IMG/VR virus record: IMGVR_UViG_3300018063_000001
Coordinates: 1 to 64,000 of that record
Strand: one strand, 5' to 3'
From: a virus
DNA length: 64,000 bases
The notes under the pieces are model-generated. The model had not been told where the DNA came from, searched no databases, and saw only the letters and a program-made list of their open reading frames with translations. Below, piece by piece: positions 9,471-19,372 of this stretch. Each line of letters opens with the position of its first letter. Within the stretch, counting starts at the first letter, position 1. The position numbers and the translations under genes were made by a program.

Positions 9471-9715
9471 AGTGGGAGTACTTTGTCAAGGATTTATACA
9501 GCGCAACTGATGCTGAAAGTCATATGAGCATTCTTAACCACTTTGGCAATCAGGGGTGGAGGCTTGTGCAAATATTGGACATTCCAAATGTGCGCTATGC
9601 TTTCTTTGAGCGGCCTCTACCTGAAGTATCAACCGGTGAAATAGATGCGCTTAACAAATATTACAAGGATAGAAGTTCATTAAGGAAAGATGCGAGAGCA
9701 TGGAAGAAAATATAA
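9467..9715 (+). CDS. DUF4177-like small protein, paralogue 2
   Basis: MKWEY...GWRLVQI...AFFERP. ATGA overlap with paralogue 1. Confidence 0.55.
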   Translation: MKWEYFVKDLYSATDAESHMSILNHFGNQGWRLVQILDIPNVRYAFFERPLPEVSTGEIDALNKYYKDRSSLRKDARAWKKI

Positions 9716-9984
9716 TCCCTATACCTTATATTCACGATGTAGTCTCATGGGAATGTAGAAGTAATACTGAGTGCATTGTAAAGCTAAATAAGCTCGTTAG
9801 TACAGGATGGGAGCTTATCACTATCTATAATGGCTTGGCTTATTTTAGGCGTGTCAATCCTGATTATATAACATTTGTCAATCGCGAGAATGATAGAATG
9901 CTAAAACGTAGGCGCTCTAAGTCCGAAGCTGAGATACTGGCACACTTCGACTATCCACAACAGGATAGAAGTTCGGAAGTATGA
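9700..9984 (+). CDS. DUF4177-like small protein, paralogue 3 (divergent)
   Basis: SWEC...GWELITIYNGLAYFRRV core with an extended C-terminus. Confidence 0.45.
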   Translation: MEENIIPIPYIHDVVSWECRSNTECIVKLNKLVSTGWELITIYNGLAYFRRVNPDYITFVNRENDRMLKRRRSKSEAEILAHFDYPQQDRSSEV

Positions 9985-10817
9985 ACATAACCTTCGTCCG
10001 TACGCGCCATGTTTATGATAGCTATATTGATTTTATACGCTTGGCGGAGCTTTCCGACTTCCCCTTAATCTATAGCGATGAGGTTGACATAGCTAAAGAG
10101 GGTGTTTACATATTCATAACCATGAACGGCGACGTGGAAACGCACCTTATGAACGAGGTTAATTCTAGCAATGTACGTTATGCTCACTTGATTCTGTGGA
10201 ATCTAGAACGGCCAAGTGGTTCCGCTGGTAGTGTAGGTAATTACGCCAAGCGCCATAGACAGCTTATGTATGACAGGATATTTGATGAGGTATGGTGTTC
10301 AGATCGCCGTCTGGCCGAAGAAACTCAACTCCGCTTTGTCGTTCTAGGCAGCGATGAAGGACTCGGCAGTCCCGGTGATGAAAAGTTCTATGATTTTTGT
10401 CACATGTCCTATATTATACCCCGGCGCTCTAATGTCTATGCCAAATTCAATCCAGACCGCATCGGCCCTAACTGCTGGCCTCCAGAGCGTGATGAGGTGT
10501 TACGACACTCCAAGTTTGCACTTAACATTCATCAGGATATACACCCGTTTCAGGAACCACTACGCCTAGCCCTATTCGCTGCTTATGGCCTACCCGTTAT
10601 CAGTGAGACTATCTTTGACGCTTACCCATGGGATTCTGACATAGCTATATTTAGCGGGTATGACAGTATTGTGAGCCGGGTTAAGCAGGTGCTAGATGAA
10701 CCGTATGAAGTGTATAAGGAGATGGGATTGAGGGCGAGGGAGAAGATGACGCGAGATTACCAATTCGGCAAAGTGGTTAAACAGGCGGTTAGTGAAAGTT
10801 TGGACAATTGGCGATGA
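9981..10817 (+). CDS. Glycosyltransferase-like protein (GT-B / CgeB-like), paralogue A
   Basis: Clear paralogue of 18557..19372 (shared LERP, FDEVW.SD, GPNCW, RD.VLRH.KF.L..HQD, EPLRLALFA.Y.LP.ISE). Also resembles the C-terminal half of 20894..22711. Confidence 0.5.
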   Translation: MNITFVRTRHVYDSYIDFIRLAELSDFPLIYSDEVDIAKEGVYIFITMNGDVETHLMNEVNSSNVRYAHLILWNLERPSGSAGSVGNYAKRHRQLMYDRIFDEVWCSDRRLAEETQLRFVVLGSDEGLGSPGDEKFYDFCHMSYIIPRRSNVYAKFNPDRIGPNCWPPERDEVLRHSKFALNIHQDIHPFQEPLRLALFAAYGLPVISETIFDAYPWDSDIAIFSGYDSIVSRVKQVLDEPYEVYKEMGLRAREKMTRDYQFGKVVKQAVSESLDNWR

Positions 10818-10954
10818 TTGAATCAAATCTGATTGCACTTATACTTGGCATTGGTACTGGCTTAGTGACTGGCAAGGTTGTTTCTCAATGGCTGCTTATA
10901 AGATATAAATCTCAGATTGATAGATTTCTTAGAGAGTTGGTAAATGAAGATTAG
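10814..10954 (+). CDS. Small membrane peptide (46 aa)
   Basis: ATGA overlap with the upstream stop. TM segment LIALILGIGTGLVTG. Confidence 0.35.
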   Translation: MIESNLIALILGIGTGLVTGKVVSQWLLIRYKSQIDRFLRELVNED

Positions 10955-11675
10955 CGGCTTTACATTTGGACACGACCTAATTTCCGGTGGCTATCCATTC
11001 TGCGAATCCATTCAAGCCGTCCGGCCCTATGTCGATGAAATCATAGCTGTTGATATTGAATCTACCGATGGCACATTTAGAGTCCTTGATCTGCTATGCG
11101 ATAAGGTACTCACCTCAACCTGGGATGGTAGAGATACCACACCACGCGCATTTATGAAGCATGTCGAATGTAAGGGTGATATTATCATCTTCTTTGAGGC
11201 TGATGAGGTATATGACGATAGCTTGCTGAGTGAGGCGCTATGGGCCATCGAGAGAGGGTATAATCACATCGGCGTATGGCGGTTGCAGATTGAATGTAAC
11301 TTTCAAAAAGTGAGACAATATCCGATTCCCGTGCATCGTATCTTTCCTAAAGGTGAAGGGAGTTACCACATTCATCCGACTAACTTACCGGACTTTCCAG
11401 TTCATATCCTATCACCAAGCGCGGGTTATCTATGGGATTGCTCAGGATGCTTCCGCGATTCGTGGTTTGCACGTAAGCGGAATCAAGCTGAAATATGGGG
11501 GGAGCCACGTAGCTTGATGGTAGCAGAACACTTCACCGAACCAACTGAGATAAGCAGGATTGAGGAAGAGAACAGGTTGAATCAACCCTGTTGGCAATGG
11601 ACAAATACACCGTTAAATATTCCTTCGATTCTGATTCCGTTGGTTGGTAAAGTACGCTATCAGGTAAATATTTAG
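10944..11675 (+). CDS. Glycosyltransferase, GT2-like
   Basis: N-terminal FTFG...ESIQAV...IAVDIESTDGT and IIFFEADEVYDD (DxD-type). Paralogous in layout to 14871..15788. Confidence 0.55.
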   Translation: MKISGFTFGHDLISGGYPFCESIQAVRPYVDEIIAVDIESTDGTFRVLDLLCDKVLTSTWDGRDTTPRAFMKHVECKGDIIIFFEADEVYDDSLLSEALWAIERGYNHIGVWRLQIECNFQKVRQYPIPVHRIFPKGEGSYHIHPTNLPDFPVHILSPSAGYLWDCSGCFRDSWFARKRNQAEIWGEPRSLMVAEHFTEPTEISRIEEENRLNQPCWQWTNTPLNIPSILIPLVGKVRYQVNI

Positions 11676-11676
11676 T

Positions 11677-11850
11677 ATGTTGAATAATCTCCGTGATAGG
11701 TGGATTGAGTTTGTCATAACGTATATACTCATTTTTGCTGTTGTATTTTGTGCTTGCGGTAAAGATGTTAAAATGGGAATTATCTGGGCAATAATAATAG
11801 CATCAGTTAATGGCCTAATTCTTCTGTACAGGATAAAAAACGATATATGA
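11677..11850 (+). CDS. Small membrane protein (57 aa, 2 TM)
   Basis: Hydrophobic segments FVITYILIFAVVFCAC and IIWAIIIASVNGLILL. ATGA overlap with the HNH gene. Confidence 0.4.
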   Translation: MLNNLRDRWIEFVITYILIFAVVFCACGKDVKMGIIWAIIIASVNGLILLYRIKNDI

Positions 11851-12197
11851 AATGGGGCGCATACTATCGCCAGTCACCCAAAACTGTCCAGTATCGCATC
11901 CACAAACGCCGCACTCAATCAATCGGCTACTTCACGTCTGAACAGTGGCAAACGCTATGCGCCTTATTTGATGGCAAATGTGCGAGGTGTGGGAAGAAGG
12001 GGTACTTGTCGCCAGACCATATCATACCGGCTAGTAGGGGAGGGAGTACGTGGATTATCAATATTCAATGTCTCTGTTCTGGTTGTAACATTCGCAAAAG
12101 TAACATCTATACTACTGACTATCGGCCTGAGCATGTCAAGGAATGGGCTAGACAGGAAATGATAAAGATGGGAATTGAAAATGAATTGGCTAAATAA
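11847..12197 (+). CDS. HNH endonuclease
   Basis: CARCGKKGYLSPDHIIPASRGGS...CLCSGCNIRKSN is a classic HNH/zinc-finger motif. Confidence 0.8.
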   Translation: MKWGAYYRQSPKTVQYRIHKRRTQSIGYFTSEQWQTLCALFDGKCARCGKKGYLSPDHIIPASRGGSTWIINIQCLCSGCNIRKSNIYTTDYRPEHVKEWARQEMIKMGIENELAK

Positions 12198-12411
12198 CTT
12201 TGACGAAAGACAACGGAAGGAAATTGAGTTCAGTATCGTTTACCTAAACCAATTTGAACATGGCACAGATGGACATAATGCAAAGGTTATCATTGCTAAG
12301 ATGGCTGATATGTTAAACAAGATTCACTATGCGCTTGCCCCTATCGGCGGCGATGCCGTGTTTGCCATAGCATCTAGGGATAAGATTGCTAAAATTATGG
12401 GATTTGAATGA
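12175..12411 (+). CDS. Hypothetical protein
   Basis: In-operon ORF overlapping both neighbours. No motif. Confidence 0.45.
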   Translation: MKMNWLNNFDERQRKEIEFSIVYLNQFEHGTDGHNAKVIIAKMADMLNKIHYALAPIGGDAVFAIASRDKIAKIMGFE

Positions 12412-12713
12412 CAATTACAAAGCAAACTACGTTAAAATGCAATCATTGTAAAAAGGTAGCATCCTTTATAGGAGAACGACCTGAATTACCCGGCCCATTT
12501 CATATCGAAGGACTATCGCCACCTAACCCACCAAGAAACTGGTATAGGATTGACCCAAACTATATAAATAGTATTTGGATGTCAAGTGATTTTGTAGTCG
12601 GTGGTGATTTCTGCTCACCCGAATGTATGCGAGATTATATCATAGAGAAGATTGGCGAGCGTGATAATCCTAAGCCTATGTGGGCTGGTGGTTTGTTTTC
12701 CAAGGTTAAATGA
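12408..12713 (+). CDS. Hypothetical Cys-containing protein
   Basis: ATGA overlap with the upstream gene. CNHC...CSPEC pairs suggest zinc binding. Confidence 0.45.
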   Translation: MTITKQTTLKCNHCKKVASFIGERPELPGPFHIEGLSPPNPPRNWYRIDPNYINSIWMSSDFVVGGDFCSPECMRDYIIEKIGERDNPKPMWAGGLFSKVK

Positions 12714-12858
12714 GTATCATTCTTTATCTATGCTAGAATCAACGGTAAGAATTACAAAGCCTTGCGTCATGTTGGCAGCTTGCTAGTTGAGTCATTAGAT
12801 TCTAACGATGAAGTAACTGAAGAAGTTTAAACTGTTTTAATATTCTAAACTATAAACT

Positions 12859-13587
12859 ATGCCTACAGTCACATTAGCGACTCATTGCCATGCCCGTGAC
12901 TTACCACGACTCCATGCGCCGGGTGTTTTGGAAGAGTTGATAAGCTGCCACGGATTCCCATTTGATGAAATACTTGTCATTCATCAGCGGTGCGGAGAAG
13001 CAACAACGGCATTTCGGCCTTACCCATCGGGTGTTGTAGTATTTAGTATTGAGGATGAAAACTATCCAGATATTTTAGGTTCATTCGGCATACCTCACAA
13101 GGACCCTACTGGAATCGAATTAACTCATGGATGGGATGCGCCGCACTATTATGAACATCACTGCGTAAATCATTGCAAAGAAATTATTGCGGCTCAATCT
13201 GATTACATCGTATTTACTGATGCTGATTGCTGCATCGTAGCCCAGCCCGATAGTTGGATAACTAAAGGGATTGAGATGCTCGAAAAGTATCCTGAAGCTT
13301 TTATTGTAGCACCAAGCGATGGCGGGCATGAGTTTAACTTTATGGCCGATGGTTGTCGGTTTACTCAAACGGTTAGCCAGCAAATATTTATGGGAAGGAC
13401 TAAGCAACTTAAGGTATTGGACTTCACTGACCTGCAATGGGATGGTAAGTTTGATGCACCTTATGGGCCATTTCAAGAATTTTATATGTTATTTGAGGGT
13501 TGGATGTTTCGGCATATGAGGGCTAATGGTTTGTATAGGGCTGTGCTACCTGAGGCTTATCGCTACTGGCACCTGGCTTACCACTGA
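12859..13587 (+). CDS. Glycosyltransferase-like protein (GT-A-like)
   Basis: YIVFTDADCCIV DxD-type motif after an N-terminal beta-alpha region. Lies in the glycan island. Confidence 0.4.
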   Translation: MPTVTLATHCHARDLPRLHAPGVLEELISCHGFPFDEILVIHQRCGEATTAFRPYPSGVVVFSIEDENYPDILGSFGIPHKDPTGIELTHGWDAPHYYEHHCVNHCKEIIAAQSDYIVFTDADCCIVAQPDSWITKGIEMLEKYPEAFIVAPSDGGHEFNFMADGCRFTQTVSQQIFMGRTKQLKVLDFTDLQWDGKFDAPYGPFQEFYMLFEGWMFRHMRANGLYRAVLPEAYRYWHLAYH

Positions 13588-13763
13588 TGAAAGTCGGCCA
13601 AATATTTGACCTACCCCCTGACATCCTCTACCCGCTCGGTCACATCGGCAAGCTAAAGGATGCTACTGAGACCAAGCTCATGGGTAAATATGAAGTGATA
13701 GAAGTCGAAGGCAAGTTAAAGGGTAGGGTTATTGTGACGTATGGACATAAGAGGCATAGGTGA
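13587..13763 (+). CDS. Small hypothetical protein (58 aa)
   Basis: Start overlaps the upstream TGA and its stop overlaps the GTG of the next gene. Confidence 0.35.
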   Translation: MKVGQIFDLPPDILYPLGHIGKLKDATETKLMGKYEVIEVEGKLKGRVIVTYGHKRHR

Positions 13764-14620
13764 AGGTACTTCTAACAGGCGGTTCAGGCTTACTCGGTAA
13801 GGCGCTTACGGAATCGTGTCCTGATAATATTGACTTAAACTCAACTTGGTTCACGCGCTATATACCTGCTTGCACTTATCTAATGGATGTGCGCAATGCA
13901 TCCCAAGTAGCCTATGTGTTTGAACAGGCTAAGCCCGATGTTGTTATTCATTGCGCTGCCGTTGGCAGTGTGGATTATACCGAATCCCACTTCACCGAAA
14001 CACGCAATGTCAATGTACTGGGTACTGAGAATGTGCTAAAAGCAGCGCAGGACGCTAAAGCCTTATTCGTGTATATTAGCACTAACGCCGTATTCGATGG
14101 CAGCGCACCGCCGTATGATGAGGCACGGGATAGACAACCGGTAAACAGATACGGCAGCATCAAAAGGGAAGCTGAGAACATTGTTATGGCAAGTCGCGAC
14201 TGGCTTATCATTCGGCCTTTTATGCTTTACGGCTATCCATATCCAGGTGGTAGAGGTAACTGGTTCACGGCGATTCTATCTCTCTTAAGCGGAGGTGAGA
14301 CGGCCAGGCTAGTTGATGATACCTATTGGCAACCGTCACTGGCTTGGGATGTGGCACAGGCTATCTGGCGATTGATAGAACTGGGTAAGCGAGACGAGGT
14401 GTACCATGTGGCCGGCGACGAAAGATTAACCCTATTCTGGTTTGGTATGATGATTGCTAGATTGTGGGGTTATAGTTCTGACTTGATTGTACCTATTTCG
14501 AGTAGTAGCTTAAAGGGTATAGCGCCACGGCCTAGAGATACGACGTTTAAGCTGGATAAGATACACGAATTAGGGATTCAGTTGAGAAGTGTAGAGGAAG
14601 GGCTAAAGGTGCTAAAGTGA
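13760..14620 (+). CDS. rmlD: dTDP-4-dehydrorhamnose reductase-like SDR (RmlD family)
   Basis: KVLLTGGSGLLGKAL Rossmann motif, YGSIK (YxxxK) catalytic pair, 286 aa as is typical of RmlD. GTG start. Confidence 0.6.
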   Translation: MKVLLTGGSGLLGKALTESCPDNIDLNSTWFTRYIPACTYLMDVRNASQVAYVFEQAKPDVVIHCAAVGSVDYTESHFTETRNVNVLGTENVLKAAQDAKALFVYISTNAVFDGSAPPYDEARDRQPVNRYGSIKREAENIVMASRDWLIIRPFMLYGYPYPGGRGNWFTAILSLLSGGETARLVDDTYWQPSLAWDVAQAIWRLIELGKRDEVYHVAGDERLTLFWFGMMIARLWGYSSDLIVPISSSSLKGIAPRPRDTTFKLDKIHELGIQLRSVEEGLKVLK

Positions 14621-14874
14621 AAGTACTAGGTAGGACACTGGAGGGTGGTAATATCATTGAACTAAGCCCCCAGGAGGTTTCACTGCTTATTGAGTTACAG
14701 GACGCTATAGAAGGTGCTAGTTGGATACCCGGCCCGCCTCGCCAGTATCCAGCTGATGGTAATTTGGATAGGATATTTCTAGCTATTATCCACTTTGTTA
14801 ATACTAAGTTTGCTATAAATAGTCTAAAAATATTAGTAGATGAACTTAACGAAAAGGTAACAGGTGAGAAGTGA
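14617..14874 (+). CDS. Hypothetical protein
   Basis: GTGA overlaps on both sides. No motif. Confidence 0.45.
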   Translation: MKVLGRTLEGGNIIELSPQEVSLLIELQDAIEGASWIPGPPRQYPADGNLDRIFLAIIHFVNTKFAINSLKILVDELNEKVTGEK

Positions 14875-15788
14875 CTTATCCCGTTTCGGCTTGCTGTTTC
14901 ATCCGTAACAACTCTGTAGGATTCGCATTGTTCGAGTCAATGGCTTCACTATTGCCACTCTGCCAGCAAATGGTAATTATGGACTTGGGAAGTGATGACG
15001 GTACACTTCAAACCCTATATGATATTTCCAGACATAATCCAAGGGTTGACATTATCACAGCAGGTAGCTTCCCCTTTGCCGATGCTAACGTATTCGCTAC
15101 ACTTGCCAACGACTTAATAGCTATGTGCAAATGCGATAACGTCCTCTACTGGCAAGCCGACGAAATATGGCATGAGGATTTACTTAAGCTGATGGCTCAG
15201 CGTTTTGAGCGTGGCGAGTTTGATTTAAGTTTCTGGCGTATTCAGTACGCTAACAACTTTCAGTATGTTAAATGGTTTCCTCAGTTAGTGCATCGTGTAG
15301 GTATTAGAGGTACTGGCTTAAACGAAGGTAAAAATAACTTCGAGTTTGACGGCGATGGTATGAACACTACGCGCATGTGGGATGCTAAGATATGCTCTAA
15401 TTATGGCGGTGAATACTTCCCTCAATGGGGTAGTTTTGGACAAGACGGTATTAAGCCATACGTCAATGAGATGATAACCGATGTGAGTCTGCTAGGTGGC
15501 TTTAGGGATAACATACCTGAACGCCGGCGCATGCACGCTCCATTCTGGCATGAAGAACCTGACATACCTTACTTTGATAAAGTAACCAAGAAGCAGCCTA
15601 GAACGAGTGAATCCCAATGGCTGCAAACGGCTATGCAAGATGAGGACTGGACTAAGACTGAATCGCCATACAACCTACCGGCTATCTTGCGGTATCATGT
15701 TGGTAAGACTAAGTATGAATTGCGCCCTGAATTACTGCAAGCATTAAAAGAGGATAGGAACTTTGTCCAACAAATCGCCTCTCCCTAA
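14871..15788 (+). CDS. Glycosyltransferase, GT2-like
   Basis: VSACCFIRN...MVIMDLGSDDGT and LYWQADEIWHED (DxD-type). Confidence 0.55.
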   Translation: MTYPVSACCFIRNNSVGFALFESMASLLPLCQQMVIMDLGSDDGTLQTLYDISRHNPRVDIITAGSFPFADANVFATLANDLIAMCKCDNVLYWQADEIWHEDLLKLMAQRFERGEFDLSFWRIQYANNFQYVKWFPQLVHRVGIRGTGLNEGKNNFEFDGDGMNTTRMWDAKICSNYGGEYFPQWGSFGQDGIKPYVNEMITDVSLLGGFRDNIPERRRMHAPFWHEEPDIPYFDKVTKKQPRTSESQWLQTAMQDEDWTKTESPYNLPAILRYHVGKTKYELRPELLQALKEDRNFVQQIASP

Positions 15789-15954
15789 GCTAGTTATGCT
15801 ACCAATAAACGGCGAATATAAAATCATACCTCTGCCTAAAAAGCAGAGTCTACTCGAATCTATCCTGAGCTTTGCAGTTGTTTGGATAACTTTAATCCTT
15901 TGCGGTTCGTTCTGCTTTCACATAATCTATGTTACCAATTCACGATTACCCTAA
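15763..15954 (+). CDS. Small membrane protein
   Basis: TM segment FAVVWITLILCGSFCFHIIYV. Overlaps both neighbours. Confidence 0.35.
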   Translation: MSNKSPLPKLVMLPINGEYKIIPLPKKQSLLESILSFAVVWITLILCGSFCFHIIYVTNSRLP

Positions 15955-16207
15955 TTGCAAACGTGTCTATCTTCATCTAATGATTGAGTGTCTAGCCAAG
16001 CTTGGATACGAATCCACCGAAGGAAAATTAGCGGCATTGGTAGACGAGAGGGAACGCGCTATACTAGCTTTGCGTTCCAGGTATGATAAATGGCCCAAAG
16101 CTTTAGACTTGGCTGATGCGATTGAGTTAGTATTTAAGGAATTTGAAAGAGAATTGATTAAAGATTTTAGTAGTGAGATGGCCGATGCAAGAAGCTCTGA
16201 ACTTTGA
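15929..16207 (+). CDS. Hypothetical protein
   Basis: In-operon ORF. No motif. Confidence 0.45.
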   Translation: MLPIHDYPNCKRVYLHLMIECLAKLGYESTEGKLAALVDERERAILALRSRYDKWPKALDLADAIELVFKEFERELIKDFSSEMADARSSEL

Positions 16208-16574
16208 ACTTAGACTCATCCTGGCCGTTCTCGCCTGCTACCGTCTGGCGCGCATGCTGGCCCTAGAAGACGGGCCGTTATTCATATTCAAGCGAGCAAG
16301 GTATTGGGTAAAGGATAGGGCTTGGCTAGAAGCTGACAAACAGTCTGGCGTTGGCAGGATAGGCGTAGGTAAAATAGAGATTAGTGACCAACACTTCGGC
16401 AAGTGGCACAACTTAGCCGAAGGTATCACCTGCCCTTATTGCGTAGGTATCTGGCTATCCTTACCTCTATTCGCATTGCTGATATGGCCTATATATTATG
16501 GTGATTTGTTTTTATTGTTGATGACTATTAGTGGGGGGCAAGCGTTTCTGCAGAGCTTGGGGAAAGGAGATTAA
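16173..16574 (+). CDS. Integral membrane protein (possibly DUF1360-like)
   Basis: Hydrophobic N-terminus LILAVLACYRLARMLALEDGP and two C-terminal TM segments. The family name is tentative. Confidence 0.45.
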   Translation: MRWPMQEALNFELRLILAVLACYRLARMLALEDGPLFIFKRARYWVKDRAWLEADKQSGVGRIGVGKIEISDQHFGKWHNLAEGITCPYCVGIWLSLPLFALLIWPIYYGDLFLLLMTISGGQAFLQSLGKGD

Positions 16575-16576
16575 CT

Positions 16577-16882
16577 ATGCCAAGTGATGAAGAATTAGTG
16601 AGTTTAAAAGTAGCATTGCAAGTACAAAGTGACGCGCAGTTAAAAAAACAACTAGATAGACAAGGTATGTTTAGACTTATGGAGAGATGTCTAGCCGAAA
16701 TTAAAGGCGATAGACCTAATGACCGTAGTGAGATTGATAGACGCTACGCTATAACTATTACTGACTTTGAAAAGGTTATGGCTTATTTCAAAACCTATAT
16801 TGTGGATGAATACTTGCTGAGCGGTACTAGCCAGTCTCTGACTAAAACCTTCACTCTCTCCGACATTCAAACCTTAGAATGA
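16577..16882 (+). CDS. Hypothetical protein
   Basis: ATG 3 nt after the upstream stop. No motif. Confidence 0.5.
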   Translation: MPSDEELVSLKVALQVQSDAQLKKQLDRQGMFRLMERCLAEIKGDRPNDRSEIDRRYAITITDFEKVMAYFKTYIVDEYLLSGTSQSLTKTFTLSDIQTLE

Positions 16883-17142
16883 GTAAAACATTAGGCCACT
16901 TCGTTTTGGAAACTGATATACCGGCAGGCGTATCTATGAGTTTCACAGTACTGGGCCACAGGATAATGACTCAAGCTAAAGTAGATTTGCATCCCGGCGA
17001 TGAGTGTGTGATTAGATTATCCGATGCTGAGATTCTAGTTATTAGACAGGGTGATAATTTCATCATTTATCCAGCAGCAAGGGAACATTTAACAGAGGAT
17101 TTTTATAAAGAACTTGGAACGAAATGGAAGATGTATGAATGA
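16879..17142 (+). CDS. Hypothetical protein
   Basis: ATGA overlap with the upstream gene. Confidence 0.5.
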   Translation: MSKTLGHFVLETDIPAGVSMSFTVLGHRIMTQAKVDLHPGDECVIRLSDAEILVIRQGDNFIIYPAAREHLTEDFYKELGTKWKMYE

Positions 17143-17794
17143 TTTCACCTTAGATGATATTCGCAAGCTAGTCGATGAGTCCCTACTCGAAGTCCCCACC
17201 GGCAACCTCTGGTTAGATGCTCGTTATGATGAGCAAGTAGCTATCATCGGTCATACGAATCCCTATTATCGGCTATTCTACCGCATTGCACAGCAGCTTA
17301 AACCTGAGTTCGTGGTAGAGTTGGGAAGCTGGAGAGCTATAGCTGCTAGTCATTTCGCATTAGGGAATCCGGACTCAACTGTCATAACTATAGACATTCA
17401 TCGAGAGGATAAATTAGCTCAACAGTTATGTATCGAAGCAGCTAACTATATCCCTAATCTTACTTATATCAATGCTTGGTCATGGGATGCAATAGAGGCC
17501 GTTAAATTAGTAGATATACCCCTCTCGATTCTCTTTGTAGATGCGTGGCACGATGGCAAGTATGTTAGAAGGGAATGGGAGCTATATAGTCCTTTGTTAT
17601 CAGATTCAGCATTAGTAATTTGCGATGACATTACTGCTGCTTACAATTTCGAGGGTATGATAGACTTTTGGGAAGAGTTACCTTATGAGAAATTCCTAAA
17701 TAACGATATTCACCCAGGCGTTCCGATGGGACTGGTACGCTTTGAGCGAAGGAAAGCTGAACCTGTAAAGCGTAGAGGTAGAAAGCCTAAGTGA
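17135..17794 (+). CDS. Class I SAM-dependent methyltransferase (CmcI / O-MTase-like), copy 1
   Basis: FVVELGSWRAIAASH (motif I), VITIDIH, ILFVDAWHDG, LVICDDI. ATG at 17135 preferred over the TTG at 17114. Confidence 0.6.
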   Translation: MNDFTLDDIRKLVDESLLEVPTGNLWLDARYDEQVAIIGHTNPYYRLFYRIAQQLKPEFVVELGSWRAIAASHFALGNPDSTVITIDIHREDKLAQQLCIEAANYIPNLTYINAWSWDAIEAVKLVDIPLSILFVDAWHDGKYVRREWELYSPLLSDSALVICDDITAAYNFEGMIDFWEELPYEKFLNNDIHPGVPMGLVRFERRKAEPVKRRGRKPK

Positions 17795-18012
17795 ATCTAG
17801 TTTCCTGTGAAGATTGCGGTCATCCCTATGGCGATGATGATTGGATGGATGTTGGTATCCCGAATGAACAGTGGTCATTGATTACTGGACGCTACGGTGC
17901 TGATCGTGAAGGTGGCATACTTTGTGCTGGTTGTATTGTCAAACGGGCTGCTAGGTTAGAAAAATCACCTGGTATTTCAATGTTTCATTGTGGCAAGTTG
18001 GTATTTGAATGA
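17791..18012 (+). CDS. Small Cys-rich protein
   Basis: CEDCGH...CAGC zinc-ribbon spacing. GTGA and ATGA overlaps. Confidence 0.45.
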   Translation: MNLVSCEDCGHPYGDDDWMDVGIPNEQWSLITGRYGADREGGILCAGCIVKRAARLEKSPGISMFHCGKLVFE

Positions 18013-18560
18013 ACCTTAAACGCCTAGTCAATAAAACCGTTAAATCCAAGCCGCTCCCTTCCTTATCATGGCTATATGGCGACTACTACTCGCCTTATTA
18101 TAGCCTTATGTACCTTCTAGCTGGCACGATTCAGGATGGCTTGCTAGTTGAGTTGGGTGTAGAGAAGGGACGTGGATTAGCCTCGCTAGCAGCGGCTAAC
18201 CGTAGTAACTGGGTTGTTGGTTTAGATACTACCTGGTGGGATGGGTTAGGAAGCGTTATAAATATGTTTCCTAACGTGTGGTTCCTGAATGAGCCTAGTA
18301 TGCCTGTACCATCTTACATTAGTGAATATTTCCGAAAGATTAACCTTCTTCACATCGACACCGAACACTCCTACTCTATGGCTAAGGCTGAATTTGAAGC
18401 ATATCAACCCTATCTGGCTAAAGGTGCTTATGTCTTATTTGACGATTTGCACGCTATCGAGGATGAGGTATTGACTTACTTTAACGAGTTACCTTACGAG
18501 AAAATACAGGATGATAGGTTACATCCTAGTTGTGGGTATGGGGTGATGATTTACGAATGA
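18009..18560 (+). CDS. Class I SAM-dependent methyltransferase (CmcI-like), copy 2
   Basis: LLVELGVEKGRGLASLA, VVGLDT, LLHIDTEHSY, VLFDDL. Same motif order as 17135 and 20137. Confidence 0.6.
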   Translation: MNLKRLVNKTVKSKPLPSLSWLYGDYYSPYYSLMYLLAGTIQDGLLVELGVEKGRGLASLAAANRSNWVVGLDTTWWDGLGSVINMFPNVWFLNEPSMPVPSYISEYFRKINLLHIDTEHSYSMAKAEFEAYQPYLAKGAYVLFDDLHAIEDEVLTYFNELPYEKIQDDRLHPSCGYGVMIYE

Positions 18561-19372
18561 GTCTTTGGCATACTACTTTAGATATTGTTTTTGTTAAGCC
18601 TAGATATTATTATCAGAGCTATACCGACTTTTGGGAGCTAGTTAGATTATCCAATTTCCGACAATGCTATATTGACCAGATTGACTTGAAGAGTAGTGAT
18701 ACCTACATCATAACAATGGTTGACCCCAAGCGCGATAAATGGCACTTATCATGGTGGCAGAAGCGACGTAAGCAAGCAAGACTTATCTTTTGGGACCTGG
18801 AACGGCCTAAGCCTAGAGGTGGTGTAGAAGCTGATAAGAGGTTTTTAGACAGACAAAACTTTGATGAAGTTTGGCATAGTGATTATCAATTAGCTAAAGA
18901 GCTAGGTACTAGATACGTCATTCTAGGCTCTGATGTTAGGTTAGGAAATGAACCAGCGATTAAGAAAAAGTATGACGTTGCTCATATGAGTTTTACCAAC
19001 GATAGACGGCGTAATTTACTGGACAGGATAAAGGTGAAGATAGGGCCGAATTGTTGGGGTAAAAAGAGAGATAAGGTACTTCGTCATGCTAAATTTGGCC
19101 TAACCGTTCATCAGGACGACGATTTCTATATTGAACCTTTGCGGCTGGCCTTATTTGCAAGCTATGAGTTGCCAATTATCTCTGAGAGGTCTTATAGTCT
19201 CTTTCCATTAAGTGATATTATGCTACAGACCACTTATAGCAATTTGGTATCCTTTGTGCCTGAGTGTGTTGAGGATTATTCTAGTCTGAAAGAATTGGGT
19301 AAAGAGATAAAACAACGTTTATGCGTTGATTATCAATTTGGCAATGTAGTTAGATATACGGTGAGGAATTGA
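18557..19372 (+). CDS. Glycosyltransferase-like protein (GT-B / CgeB-like), paralogue B
   Basis: Paralogue of 9981..10817. ATG at 18557 forms an ATGA overlap with the upstream stop. Confidence 0.5.
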   Translation: MSLWHTTLDIVFVKPRYYYQSYTDFWELVRLSNFRQCYIDQIDLKSSDTYIITMVDPKRDKWHLSWWQKRRKQARLIFWDLERPKPRGGVEADKRFLDRQNFDEVWHSDYQLAKELGTRYVILGSDVRLGNEPAIKKKYDVAHMSFTNDRRRNLLDRIKVKIGPNCWGKKRDKVLRHAKFGLTVHQDDDFYIEPLRLALFASYELPIISERSYSLFPLSDIMLQTTYSNLVSFVPECVEDYSSLKELGKEIKQRLCVDYQFGNVVRYTVRN

